NCBI GenBank assembly: GCA_003971905.1
Contig: RSEE01000094.1
Span: 232,200-252,199 of the forward strand
Direction: 5' to 3'
Origin: Moniliella sp. 'wahieum'
Taxonomy: Eukaryota
DNA: 20,000 nt
Shown here: positions 1 to 9,562 of the stretch, piece after piece
Layout: every line of letters starts with the position of its first letter
Numbering within the stretch: position 1 is the first letter of the stretch
Translations under genes and position numbers: made by a program
Notes under the pieces: model-generated
Told to the model about the DNA's origin: nothing
The model's input: the letters and a program-made list of their open reading frames with translations, nothing else
Database searches by the model: none

Positions 1-348
1 CTTGAGGGGGGCAGAGGCGACACGCTCTTCTTCCAGAGGTTGATGTGAAGGAGGATGGGTGGGAGACACATGGGCCGAGGGAGGGGAGGGACGAGGAGGG
101 GGAGGTGATCTGTTGAGCCAGAGCTCGATGATGGAACCGTCTGAGGTAGACACGAGGGTTTCCTTGTTGGATGGCTCTCGTCGGATGGCGCGAGCATCGA
201 TAAAGCCAGACGGGAGAACGACGGTTATGCGTCCGGAGAAGAGAGGCCGACGGTAACCATCGTCAGTCTCCTGCTGGCCTACTGTCACATCCTCGAACAA
301 TGGGTCGAGGTGTTGTTGTTGGGGTGCAATATCACTGTCGCCTGGCAT
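1..348 (-). CDS. 5' part of an uncharacterised protein running off the left edge of the window
   Basis: Manual translation from ATG at 348 gives 116 codons with no stop to position 1 (MPGDSDIAPQQQHLDPLFEDVTVGQQETDDGYRRPLFSGRITVVLPSGFIDARAIRREPSNKETLVSTSDGSIIELWLNRSPPPP...). An in-frame TAA lies just upstream of the ATG. Absent from the ORF track because it has no stop in the window. Family not recognised. Confidence 0.6.
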   Translation of the reverse strand, partial: MPGDSDIAPQQQHLDPLFEDVTVGQQETDDGYRRPLFSGRITVVLPSGFIDARAIRREPSNKETLVSTSDGSIIELWLNRSPPPPRPSPPSAHVSPTHPPSHQPLEEERVASAPLK

Positions 349-849
349 GGCCTCCAGTTGGGCGTACGAGGGGCTTTACTTATGTGGGTTTGTGGGAAGG
401 CCACAGGGAGAAGGCGACGATGCTGAGGTGGCGGCGTGTTGGTGGGGAGGCTGAGCGAGGGGGAATGCGCTGAACGGGGGTTTTCACATTGCCCTCTACC
501 CAACGCCCGACACGGAAGTGGCGTCGCTCATGGTTGCTCTGGGTACGAGAAGGGTCCGGGCGGCGGTGGTTGACGCATGTGGCAGGGATCTGGCGCTGTG
601 ATTTTTTGTCGACAATGCGCTGTTCTGTTAAAAGCGCAAATGTGGTGCTGCCGTAGGGTGCCTGCCGCTTGAATGAGGCAGCTGCCGCCTCTCTCGCATG
701 CTGGTATAGTCACTACCTGTTAGTCACTGTGGCCGTCACGAAGGGGGCAGCGCAGGCAGCGTGTGTGAACGTGGGTGTCGGATGGAAGAGCCGATGGGCC
801 ACTTGCCCATCAGCAGTTCGTCTCGAGTAGTCACTGGTCCCTGATGAAC

Positions 850-920
850 GGACTCCTCAGTACTCAGTTACTGAGTGGTGGAGGACTGAGTACTGAGTAC
901 TGACTCCGAGTACTGAGGAC
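850..920. repeat. Cluster of (ACTGAGT)-type heptamer repeats with an inverted arrangement
   Basis: CTCAGTACTCAGT (856-868) is the perfect reverse complement of ACTGAGTACTGAG (885-897). TCCTCAGTACTC (854-865) pairs with GAGTACTGAGGA (908-919). Confidence 0.8.
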
Positions 921-1293
921 GGGCTGTCTTCCCGCGGTGCCGTCAGATCTCAGAGGCCAGAGGTCAGAGAGCGCGTCGCCGGTTCATGGACAGACGAGCC
1001 TCTTCTACTCCCGCGTCACGCGTCATGTCGTCATACCCGTTCCCACTATTTATACCAGTGCTTCTGGTCCCTGGCGGCGGGAGTGTGCCCACTGGTAATG
1101 TTCAAACATCGGGCCGCACTAGGCCAGAGCACGCCGGGCTCAGCCTCGTCTATCGTCCGAGTGCGTCAGGTCAGGGCAGGTGCCAGCCACTGGCCAAGGC
1201 CAGCGCGCTCAGCAGAGCCGCGCGAGGCGCATCGCACACACAGCTACCAGATCCACCCCCACCGCCCTCTCTTCCTACCCGCCTCCGCCGTCG

Positions 1294-4200
1294 ATGGCGC
1301 TCAATGCTGTTGCGCTCGGCGCACGCATCTACCCCGCTGTCGTCCGCACCCTTTTCTCTCACTACACGCGCCGCCTCGTACGCCGCACCCCCCGCCCTGG
1401 GCCGGCTGACCCCGACTCGATCGCCCGCATCTCCTCCCACTCCACAGCCCCCGCCAAGCGTCTCGTCCGGCCACACCTCCGCTCCCGCCGTACCCGCTCC
1501 CGCAAGCCCCGCTCCCATTCCCATGGCGGCTCTGATTTGGCCGATGAGCAGGCCCTGTACGACCTCGCCCTCTCTGTCGCGCGCATCTTTGTCAAGGCCA
1601 TGTGCCAGGACACGGCCGAGTCTATCCAGCGCTTTGCCAGCATGCCTCTTCCCGTGCCAGCCCATGTGCGTGCCCAAACGACCCAGGTGCCGACACCCGC
1701 CATCCACAAGGCTGCGGCTGTGATCACAGACCACTTTACTGGCATTCCCGGCGACCCCCATGCCCTGGACCCCCTTTTGGGGGGACATCGTTGGTGGCAG
1801 GTTCGGCCTTGCCCTCTCCAAGCCGAGTGGGTTGTTCCCGCACGCACGATTCGCCGTCGTGCGGCCGAGATGGGTAAACGCAAGCGTGATCGCTTACGCG
1901 CTCTGTTTCAATCTACCCCCGTCCTGATAACAGCCATACCGCCTTGACTACCTCGATACCCCCAGAACCTTCTCCAGGCGCATTGGATACAGGAAAAAGC
2001 CGGAATTTGCCCTTACCTGAAGCTCCTGAGTCTCGCTTTGACCTTGCGGATGAAAATCTGGTGCGGACTCGGGTAGCCGTCCCAGAACGGATCCTTCGCC
2101 AAACTTCCCTTCGTCTGCACCGCCCAACGTCTCGTCCCGCAAACCAATGCGCTCTCCCTCCGACATCAAGCTTGGCCAATTCGTTCGCGGGGCCCGGAAG
2201 AACCTGTCGACATTCCGAAAAGCGTCAAAGGAGTCAAGCTACTTTAGTGCTCGTGGCTCCGATGCGGAACACACGGACCGCTCCTTTGCCTCCCGCCCTG
2301 GATCGCCGTCCACAACAGAGAGGCCCATGTCTCCCTATTAGGGGGTGCTGTACTCACCGCCGATCCAGGCTGCTTCAGACACAGAGGAGGAGGAATCCTT
2401 TTCGGACATGGTCACCATACCGCCCACGATGCCCACCAACTGTTGCGCGTTTTGTCTGGGCATGGCCCACAAACATGCCACGAGCGACCCCGCGGACAGA
2501 CGGGGCGTGTGGCGGGTACCTCGGATGCTACCCCTAGTGAGTCCGACTGGGGAGATGAGGCTGATGAGGAGAATGTTGATCATGCGGCTCGGAACATGAA
2601 TTGTTTGACATTGACCCACGCAAGCTGAACCGTATCATGCTTTACTGTCATGGCGGAGCTTATTAGTGCGTATTTTGCTTTGTTGCTTTTGTCATTGTTG
2701 GATGGTTTCTGACCCCATCGTCCCTACATTAGTTTTGGTTCCAATGATACCCATCGTATGATGGTCGCTCGTTATGCGCGTGACATGGACGGCGCTGCTT
2801 TTCTGTCAATACCGTCTCGCGCCACAATATCCATTCCCTTGTGGCTTACACGACATGCTGGCTGCCTACCTTTACCTTGTTTCCCCCGCTCCAGATACAT
2901 GCACGGGCAATACGGGTGAACAAGACACCACTTCGGATACTTCCAATGTACATAAGACCAAGTGGGGATTGGGCATAGATCCCCGCAAAGTTATTTTGTC
3001 TGGCGATTCGGCTGGGGGGGGCATGATGCTGGCGCTGCTGCAGGTTTTGCGGGACATGGGACTCCCCCTTCCAGCTGGGGCAGCCTTAATCTCACCGTGG
3101 TCCGACTTGACGCACTCCTTCCCTTCCATCGTTCCCAACCTGAAAAAGGACTATATTCCCGATCACGGATTCATTCACAAGCCGTCAGTTCTCTGGCCCG
3201 CCCCGAAAGACACAGATGTCCCGGCTACATCGACTTCAACACTTCCTTCTCGTTCGCATGTCTTCAAGTCCCAACACAAAGAGAAGGAGGAGCGTCCCGA
3301 GAAAAACATCAGCCCTTGGGACACAGTCTCATGGAGTCTGTTATACAGCAAGAAGATAATCTGGCCGCACAACGCCGTGTTTCTCACCCCCCTGTTGAGG
3401 AGGCCAGGGAGGCTCCTGTTCCAGCCTCGGATGCGGCCCGGGTTGACAACGAACCATCCCTGGACCAGGCTCTTCAGCAAACGCAGGGGAACATTGTCGC
3501 CGAAGGAGCTGGGCCGTCCATTTCCACACCTGTCCCAAGTCCTGCTGCGATTCAGCAGGCTTTATCCGACTCGTTTGGGCCACGACCTCCTTTGCCTGAT
3601 CCGGTGGTGAGGGTCACCATGGAATCAGGACGTGGAACAACAGGGGTGCGGGAACTCAAGATCTATAACCAGATCCAATTGTACGCCACCAATGGCCAGC
3701 TCGCCCACCCTCTTGTCTCACCAGCCTTGGCTGGTAGCCTGGGCGGACTACCTCCCTCTACATTTTGGCCGGCAACAACGAGGCGCTGCGAGACGAAATC
3801 ATATGGACGGCGCATCGAGCTGCACACCCAGACAAGTATCCGCTCCCCCCCATTTGGTCAAGCGGGGCGGAACAATGGTTGAAGCTCAGCAGCGATTCGA
3901 CAACCAACCCACTCAGGTACACCTGCAAGTCTGGGACGATGGTGTGCATGTAATGCCAGCCTTTTCGTTTACCTATCCAGGCCACTTGATGTACCATGCG
4001 ATCGCTTCGTTTGCAAGGCCATTACAGGTGCGCCGGTCAAGTTACTTGCTCGGACGGATGGAACGGATGAGTGGGTACCCCAGGACCCTCCTGACGGGAC
4101 GGGCGATCCGGATCATGGCGTTGATCGGCACGAGTTTGCCTATTCGAAGCAGGAGCCGATTGAACGGCCGCAGCTTCACGACCACATGATCCGTGAGCGG

Positions 4201-4955
4201 GTGTCGGTGCATGGCATTGTACGTCCGATGGAGCCCGAACATCTCATGCCAGCCCTCACTGTCACTCGTGAGCATGTGGGGGTGATCCAGCCGGGCCCAG
4301 CGAGGCTGTTTGAGGATGTGCATCGACTTGGGACCACAAGTTCAAACGCGAGCCCAAGCGCATTGCGGCCATACGCAAAGAGGTTCGACTTCAAGCCCAT
4401 GCTGCTCTTAATCTCGCCAAAGCCGATGCGGATGTCGTGCGAGGGGTCAAGGCAACCCTCCCCTCCTTCAATCAAAACAAATACCTTTTCTCACCCCCAC
4501 CGCCATCATCATCAACACCATCAACCAGACTCGCACCCACACTATCATACCTCACCCACGAATCTCAAGCCCCCCTCACTCCAAACGCCTGGTGCGTTGC
4601 AATCGGCCAGATTGGATTCTTCCAATGCGGGAGTTGATTCAGGGCCGGATGGAGAGTTACGCCCAACAGACTTTGTGGGGTCAGGTTCTCCTTCCAGAGC
4701 GTTTTCCTCTCTACTGCGGCCACTTCCCCTGCCCCGCATTCCTTCCAGCCCAATACTCTACAAGCGAAATCGGGACTGCACCATGCACCCAGTCTGGTGG
4801 GTCGTCATTTGAACTTTACTTCACTCGACTTGGTGGGGGAGACCCCCCCTCCCACAGCAATCGCTGGCCGCATTGACACTCCCGAGGCGCTGGACTTGCT
4901 CCGCTTGGGCATTGAGGAAGTCCGTCTTCGTGGCCAAGGGCTTCGCACTAACTAG
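1294..4955 (+). CDS. Fungal alpha/beta-hydrolase (HSL/abhydrolase_3-type lipase/esterase); one intron, several apparent frameshifts
   Basis: Stitching frames gives N-terminal MALNAVALGARIYPAVVRTLFSHY...GGHRWWQVRPCPLQAEWV, oxyanion motif RIMLYCHGGAY|YFGS across intron 2666-2732, YRLAPQYPFPCGLHD, nucleophile GDSAGG, LISPWSDLTHSFPS, HPLVSP, LGGLPP..LAGNNEALRDE (acid), QVWDDGVHV (His), IRERVSVHG, and C-terminal PPPTAIAGRIDTPEALDLL...LRTN* (TAG 4953-4955). Frames switch repeatedly (e.g. near 2590, 2800, 3755, 3850). Confidence 0.88.
2666..2732 (+). other. Spliceosomal intron in hydrolase gene (67 nt)
   Basis: GTGCGT donor, CTGAC branch, TAG acceptor; removal restores HGGAYYFGS. Confidence 0.9.
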
Positions 4956-5340
4956 TCGTACCTTTTGATCCTATCTTACCATTTCCTGTCTCTTTTGCTT
5001 CGTCGCTCATTTTGCACATGAACTCGTCGTTTTTGCTTTGATATATTTGCTTCATCCTGATATCCTCTTGTTAAAACTGCCATTGAATTGACACTCTTTT
5101 CAAGGGCATTGGAGTTGATTTCATAACAGCAACTCTTCAGTCATTTCACTGACCTTGTCTCTTTCTTTCCAACCCGTTAAAGCAGCTAGCCGAGTAAAGT
5201 AGGGTATCAATTCAGAGAAAGGCCGGGAACAAAACACACACAGGTAACCCTGCTATCCCGATGCGATAGCAGGGTTTAGAAGCAATCGAACACGACCACA
5301 GCAACCAAAAGTGGTCATGCACCCTCAGGAGTGAAAGGAC

Positions 5341-6048
5341 CTAGGTTTGATTGGTGCTGGCTGTTGCCTCTGCCTCATCGGGGTTGGCTGCAACAAATCT
5401 CATCGTCATCTACCGGGATACGGACCAAGGTGTTGACTTGAACTTGATCTTCATCCAGTGTCGCCAATGGATCTTCCTCCTCTGATGCCTCATTGCCGGC
5501 ACAAGGCGCCCCCCCCCTTTCTCCTCAGCAGCAGCTTGCCCTTCGGCCCCGCTGACGGCAGCAGTGTTCATCATAATGCCGGCAGTCTCCGTGGAGAGCA
5601 TAGCCAAATCAGCTACATTAACGACTCAGTACAGTCCATAACGAAGTATGATATATGACAGAGCAGAACGTACCCGAGAGATCTGGATGGCACGAAAGAC
5701 GCCCTGCCAAGAAGCCATTACTGAGGCGAACGTCTCGGAGCCGTCAACAATCTCACCCACCCTTTCGTCCAATTTCTTGATCTCGTCAACGAGCTTGGCG
5801 GATTGGTTCTCAAGCATGAGCAAGCATTGAAGCTCGGCTTGCTTTGATGTCCATCGCTTCTCAGACGCAGCCGACGAACCAAACCCAAAACTGCCAGGGG
5901 CGCTGCTGTTGGCCGATCCAGAAACAGAACCGGTGCTGGCATTGCCTAGAAATACCGATGGGCGAGCAGACGAGGCATTGCTTCCCAGTAAGGCACTGGG
6001 ACGACCCGTTGGGGGAGGTGGAAACACGGAGGGGCGCGAAGATGACAT
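5341..6048 (-). CDS. DAD2: DASH/Dam1 kinetochore complex subunit Dad2
   Basis: ATG 6048 MSSSRPSV..., core SKQAELQCLLMLENQSAKLVDEIKKLDERVGEIVDGSETFASVMASWQGVFRAIQIS matches the Dad2 pattern (K.aEL..L..L...S..l...l..l...l..l.dG.e..asV.a.W..v.raI). GTACGT intron donor at 5673, acceptor near 5613. The C-terminal NTLVRIP motif lies near 5430-5413 after a frameshift at the G-run near 5510. Stop is either TGA at 5375 or TAG at 5341. Confidence 0.85.
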
Positions 6049-6567
6049 CGACTGGGGCAGGTTCAACTTATGGAGGTGTCTGTGGTAGCCTTTCGGTTCA
6101 CCGGCCGGGCGCGTCCAGCCCGAGAGCAACACGACGCGTATCATTAGATAAGCGACCGATATATTGGTCACGTGATTCATATTGCTGCCGGGGTTAAGCG
6201 TTGTGCCGCCGGGGTTAGGCCCCCATCGGGGGCCTGCCAAAAAAAAAAAAAGCCAAGGCCGCAGACACCTCTTCACACTCACACATGTGTCGAAGTTCAG
6301 TAACCCTCGGTCTCGCTGGAGTCGGTCGCAACAGTCAACGGAGCAGCTTCCGAGGCTCCGGGACCAATCAATCTTGTACTTCTGCAGCTACAGTTGCAAA
6401 AGGCTTACGGTTTCTCTCCCTTTTTAGCCGCTTCCCATTCCGCATCAGCAGTCGTCACTCCAGTCACTGTGGGCACGTATGTGGTTGTAGTTTTGGACGG
6501 AGAGAAGTATGACGTGTGCGCCTGCAACACAGCCGGAAACGGAAGAAGATTGTGATCTCTCTATGGT

Positions 6568-6858
6568 CGATAGTGACTGAGTACTGACTCCTCTTCTGAG
6601 AGCTCGGTCGTAGAACGAGATGTCAGAGCGCTTTAGTGACGGAAGGAGCTTGCTGCTATCAACGGTCTTATCTCCACGGATTTTTGTCCTACTACAAGAT
6701 GGTATGAAAGGTGAGGCGTAGTACTATTAACCCATACTCGAAGTATTTAAACCTATCTGTGGTTCTCCTCTGGTTCGTTTTCTTATTTCCATCCAGCGAC
6801 CAGCCCGCTTCTCTTTCCTCTCCTCACTGTGCCCACGTCTGTCGCCCACACTTTATCA
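6568..6858 (+). promoter_or_regulatory. Cluster of HGATAR (GATA-factor) sites and a TATA-like element upstream of urate oxidase
   Basis: HGATAR matches at 6568 (CGATAG), 6656 (CTATCA), 6668 (TTATCT), 6753 (CTATCT) and 6853 (TTATCA); TATTTAAA at about 6744-6751. Confidence 0.45.
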
Positions 6859-6864
6859 GCTGCA

Positions 6865-7864
6865 ATGGTTCACCTCGACGACTACAGCTATGGCAAGGAT
6901 CTGGTCCGCATTCTACGCATTGCGCGTGACCCGCTGGACAAGAGCAAGCACCACATTGCAGAGTACATTGTCCGCTGCCTTCTACGCGGGCCGATCAACA
7001 AGGAAAACAAGCTGGCCCAATCTTACACACATGGCGATAACTCCTTGGTGGTAACCACGGACTCGGTTAAGAACACACTCAATGTTCTGGCCAAGATGCT
7101 GGCGCCCGACGATGCGCTTGTACCGGAGCGCTTTTCCCTTCATACTGCTGCCCACTTTTTGGGCAAGTACGACCACCTGACTGGGGTAGATGTGACAATC
7201 CAGAAGCTCAAGTGGACGCGGATTGTTCTGGCTGACGGCCCTCACAAGCATTCATTTGTTCGTGACGGTAATGAAGTACGGACCGTGTACCTCGAGGCCC
7301 GTCGCGACACGGCAGGCGCGCCGGTGGTGAGCAAGCTCGAGGGTGGGTTGAAGGACGTGTTGGTGCTCAAGTCGACTGGCTCTGCCTTCCATGGATTCTA
7401 CAAGGATGAGTTTACCACCCTCGCCCCTGTCAACGATCGTATCTTTTCCACTGCGATCGACCTGACCTATTCTTTCAACATCCCCAGCACGCCTCTGCCC
7501 CAGCTTTTGTCCGCCAAGGATGGCTTGACCAACTTTGACGCGATTGCCGACTCGGCCAAAGCGCACACGATTCGTGTTTTGCGACGGACACCTCAGCCTC
7601 AGTGCAGGCAACCATGTTCACCATGGCTTCCGACATCCTCAACGATTCCCGTCCCTTCTTTCTGGCGTGGCAGGGCACAAATGGCTGGAAGATGTGGAGT
7701 ATGCTTTGCCGAACAAGCACTACGTCCCTGTGGATCTCTCCTTCAAGAACTTGTCCAACACCAACGAGAAGGATGCCGAGGTCTTCCTGCCACAGCAGCA
7801 CCCCTCGGGCTTGATCAAAGCCAAAATCTCGCGCAAGGATCCGTTCGCCAAGTCCAAGCTCTGA
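6865..7864 (+). CDS. uaZ: Urate oxidase (uricase), peroxisomal, intronless; two apparent -1 frameshifts
   Basis: Motifs YGKDLVR, TDSVKNT, VLKSTGSAFHGFYKDEFTTL, DRIFST, SASVQAT (frame of ORF 7602), LPNKHY, PSGLIKA, and C-terminal SKL* PTS1 (frame of ORF 7535). Frame changes at about 7580 (T-run) and about 7655. Confidence 0.96.
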
Positions 7865-8285
7865 TGTTGCTCTCTGTTCAGAATCCTTCGATGAGATCGA
7901 TGAGAGACCTCCGATTTTGGGGTCCAAGACCAATTAGCATATGGTGCGTGCATTTAAGTTGTTATCCGTGTGACAGCCACCAACGTAGAGGTACGCTATA
8001 CCACACAAAAATTTTCACCTGCAAGCGATCTGATGATCAAATGAAACAAGTGTAAACTATACTCTGAGGGATGATAGTACCCCAGCAGAGCTGCCGATAC
8101 CTTCAGCTGATTACAAGGTGCGACAGAGAGCCTGTTACCCGTTTTCCTTCAGACCACGATATTGAATCCGGTGACCGGTGACCATGAGGGAATGCATGGA
8201 AAATGAATTGCAGGCCCCCGGGGAGGGCAGTAGAGACAATTGAATGACGGCAATACATGAAAGGACAGACCCTGAGAAAGTGGAC

Positions 8286-9270
8286 TTAGGCATTGAAACT
8301 CTTCCTAATAGAAAGGTACGTGTCCTTGGCCACTCCTCGACAAGCCGTGATGGCTTCCGATAGCTGAACACATGGTAAGGTTAGTCATTCTCAATGGGAT
8401 CAAAAAACGGTGGGAACGTACTTGGGTCTTGTTAAAGACACCGGTTGCATCTGTGAGAATAAGAATATCATTCAGATCTTCCAAGGTGTTGGACTCGTCC
8501 TGCTCGGGTTGGTGACCAGAAAATAAGAAGGTGCAGACAAAGCTTGCTGTTGCCCGCTCTTCCTCCAAAGCTGTGGGTGCGGTCGAGAGGTGGTTACCGT
8601 CCGCCGCTCCTACAAGGAGGACAGCATGAGCGGCGACCAAGGTGCCACGTGCTGGGATGGCGGCATCCAGTAGCGCAGTCGAAAGGGCATTGAGCAAGAC
8701 AGCCTTGTGGGAAGCACGGAGGCTAGCCGAACGGGTAAAGAGGGGAGGCGCAGGGGGACCCTGAACAAGCCAGTCGGGTATGGGTTCGGGTGCATCGAGA
8801 ATCTCCTCGTCATGCACCTGCGCCTCACGGGCCGAGTTATCATCCAAATCCGCCGGAGCCTCGACGATCTTACCGAGCGTGACACCGGCCGAGTCGGTGT
8901 CAGCGCCGGTGAGTTGGGTTGCGAGGCGAAGGAGGGAGCGCGGGAATTGCTTGACCAACAGGGCAGTGTTCAGCACGGATCGGATGGAGGTCTCAAACGA
9001 GCGGATCGCAACGCCCTCCCCTCCTCGCAGGGCACCCACTTTGACATCAAGGGTGGCGGCCTCTACTTGCTCATCGCGGAGCTTGGCCTCCATCGGGCCA
9101 AAGACGGCGGCAAAGGCAGAGACGTTGCCTAGGGCACGCCAGACAAGTTGTTAGCAATGCGAACTCCCTGACTCAAAACACGGCGAGGACACACACACCT
9201 CTCCTGAACGTAGCGCTTCCGTCGGCTGTGGGGGACGCCTTGAGGCGGATCTGGATGGCTGGGCGGCCAT
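8286..9270 (-). CDS. RRP46: RNA exosome core subunit Rrp46 (RNase PH fold); two introns
   Basis: Exon 1 (M)AAPAIQIRLKASPTADGSATFRRG (needs +1 C near 9262), intron 9198-9129, exon 2 NVSAFAAVFGPMEAKLRDEQVEAATLDV...LVKQFPRSLLRLATQ...LLNALSTALLDAAIP...TGVFNKTQ, intron 8421-8364, exon 3 LSEAITACRGVAKDTYLSIRKSFNA*. The DGS, GP.E...rdE....atl.V, FPRS and NA...ALLDA motifs are typical of Rrp46. Confidence 0.88.
8364..8421 (-). other. Intron 2 of RRP46 (58 nt)
   Basis: GTACGT donor, ACTAAC branch, CAG acceptor; phase 0. Confidence 0.88.
9129..9198 (-). other. Intron 1 of RRP46 (70 nt)
   Basis: GTGTGT donor, GCTAAC branch, TAG acceptor; phase-1 join restores ...FRRG-NVSAF. Confidence 0.85.
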
Positions 9271-9562
9271 GGGTAGCCACGACGAGCTGTATTCGCAAGA
9301 GTCCGATGGTGGGTTGCAATTGAAAAAAGCAGCTGCTGGCGGGCCAAATGAGATGCCCAGGCGGAACTGGAAAATCGCCACAGGTATTCCGCGCCCAGCG
9401 CACGGGGCCAGTGTCCGCGCCTCCGCCCATGCGTCCCATTGAAGCTTCAGTTGCAATTCTGCTAATTCTGCCATCCAAGAAGGTCGCCTGGCTCGGCGGG
9501 GGTCAAGTGGAGCAGCCTGCTCTGCCTCGTTCTGTCCCCTCTCCACCATCCCCACCACCGTC

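Noticed and set aside
850..920. CRISPR-like array
   Set aside because: Units are 7 nt with no unique spacers, there are no cas genes, and the context is eukaryotic.
986..2179. Multiple long overlapping ORFs on both strands (986..1723, 1171..1821, 1362..1883)
   Set aside because: Shadow frames of the GC-rich hydrolase exon; only the MALNAV... frame has family motifs.
6829..8055. 408-aa uricase with a novel C-terminal extension
   Set aside because: The tail after about 7580 is out-of-frame read-through; the conserved SVQAT, LPNKHY and SKL motifs lie in the other two frames.
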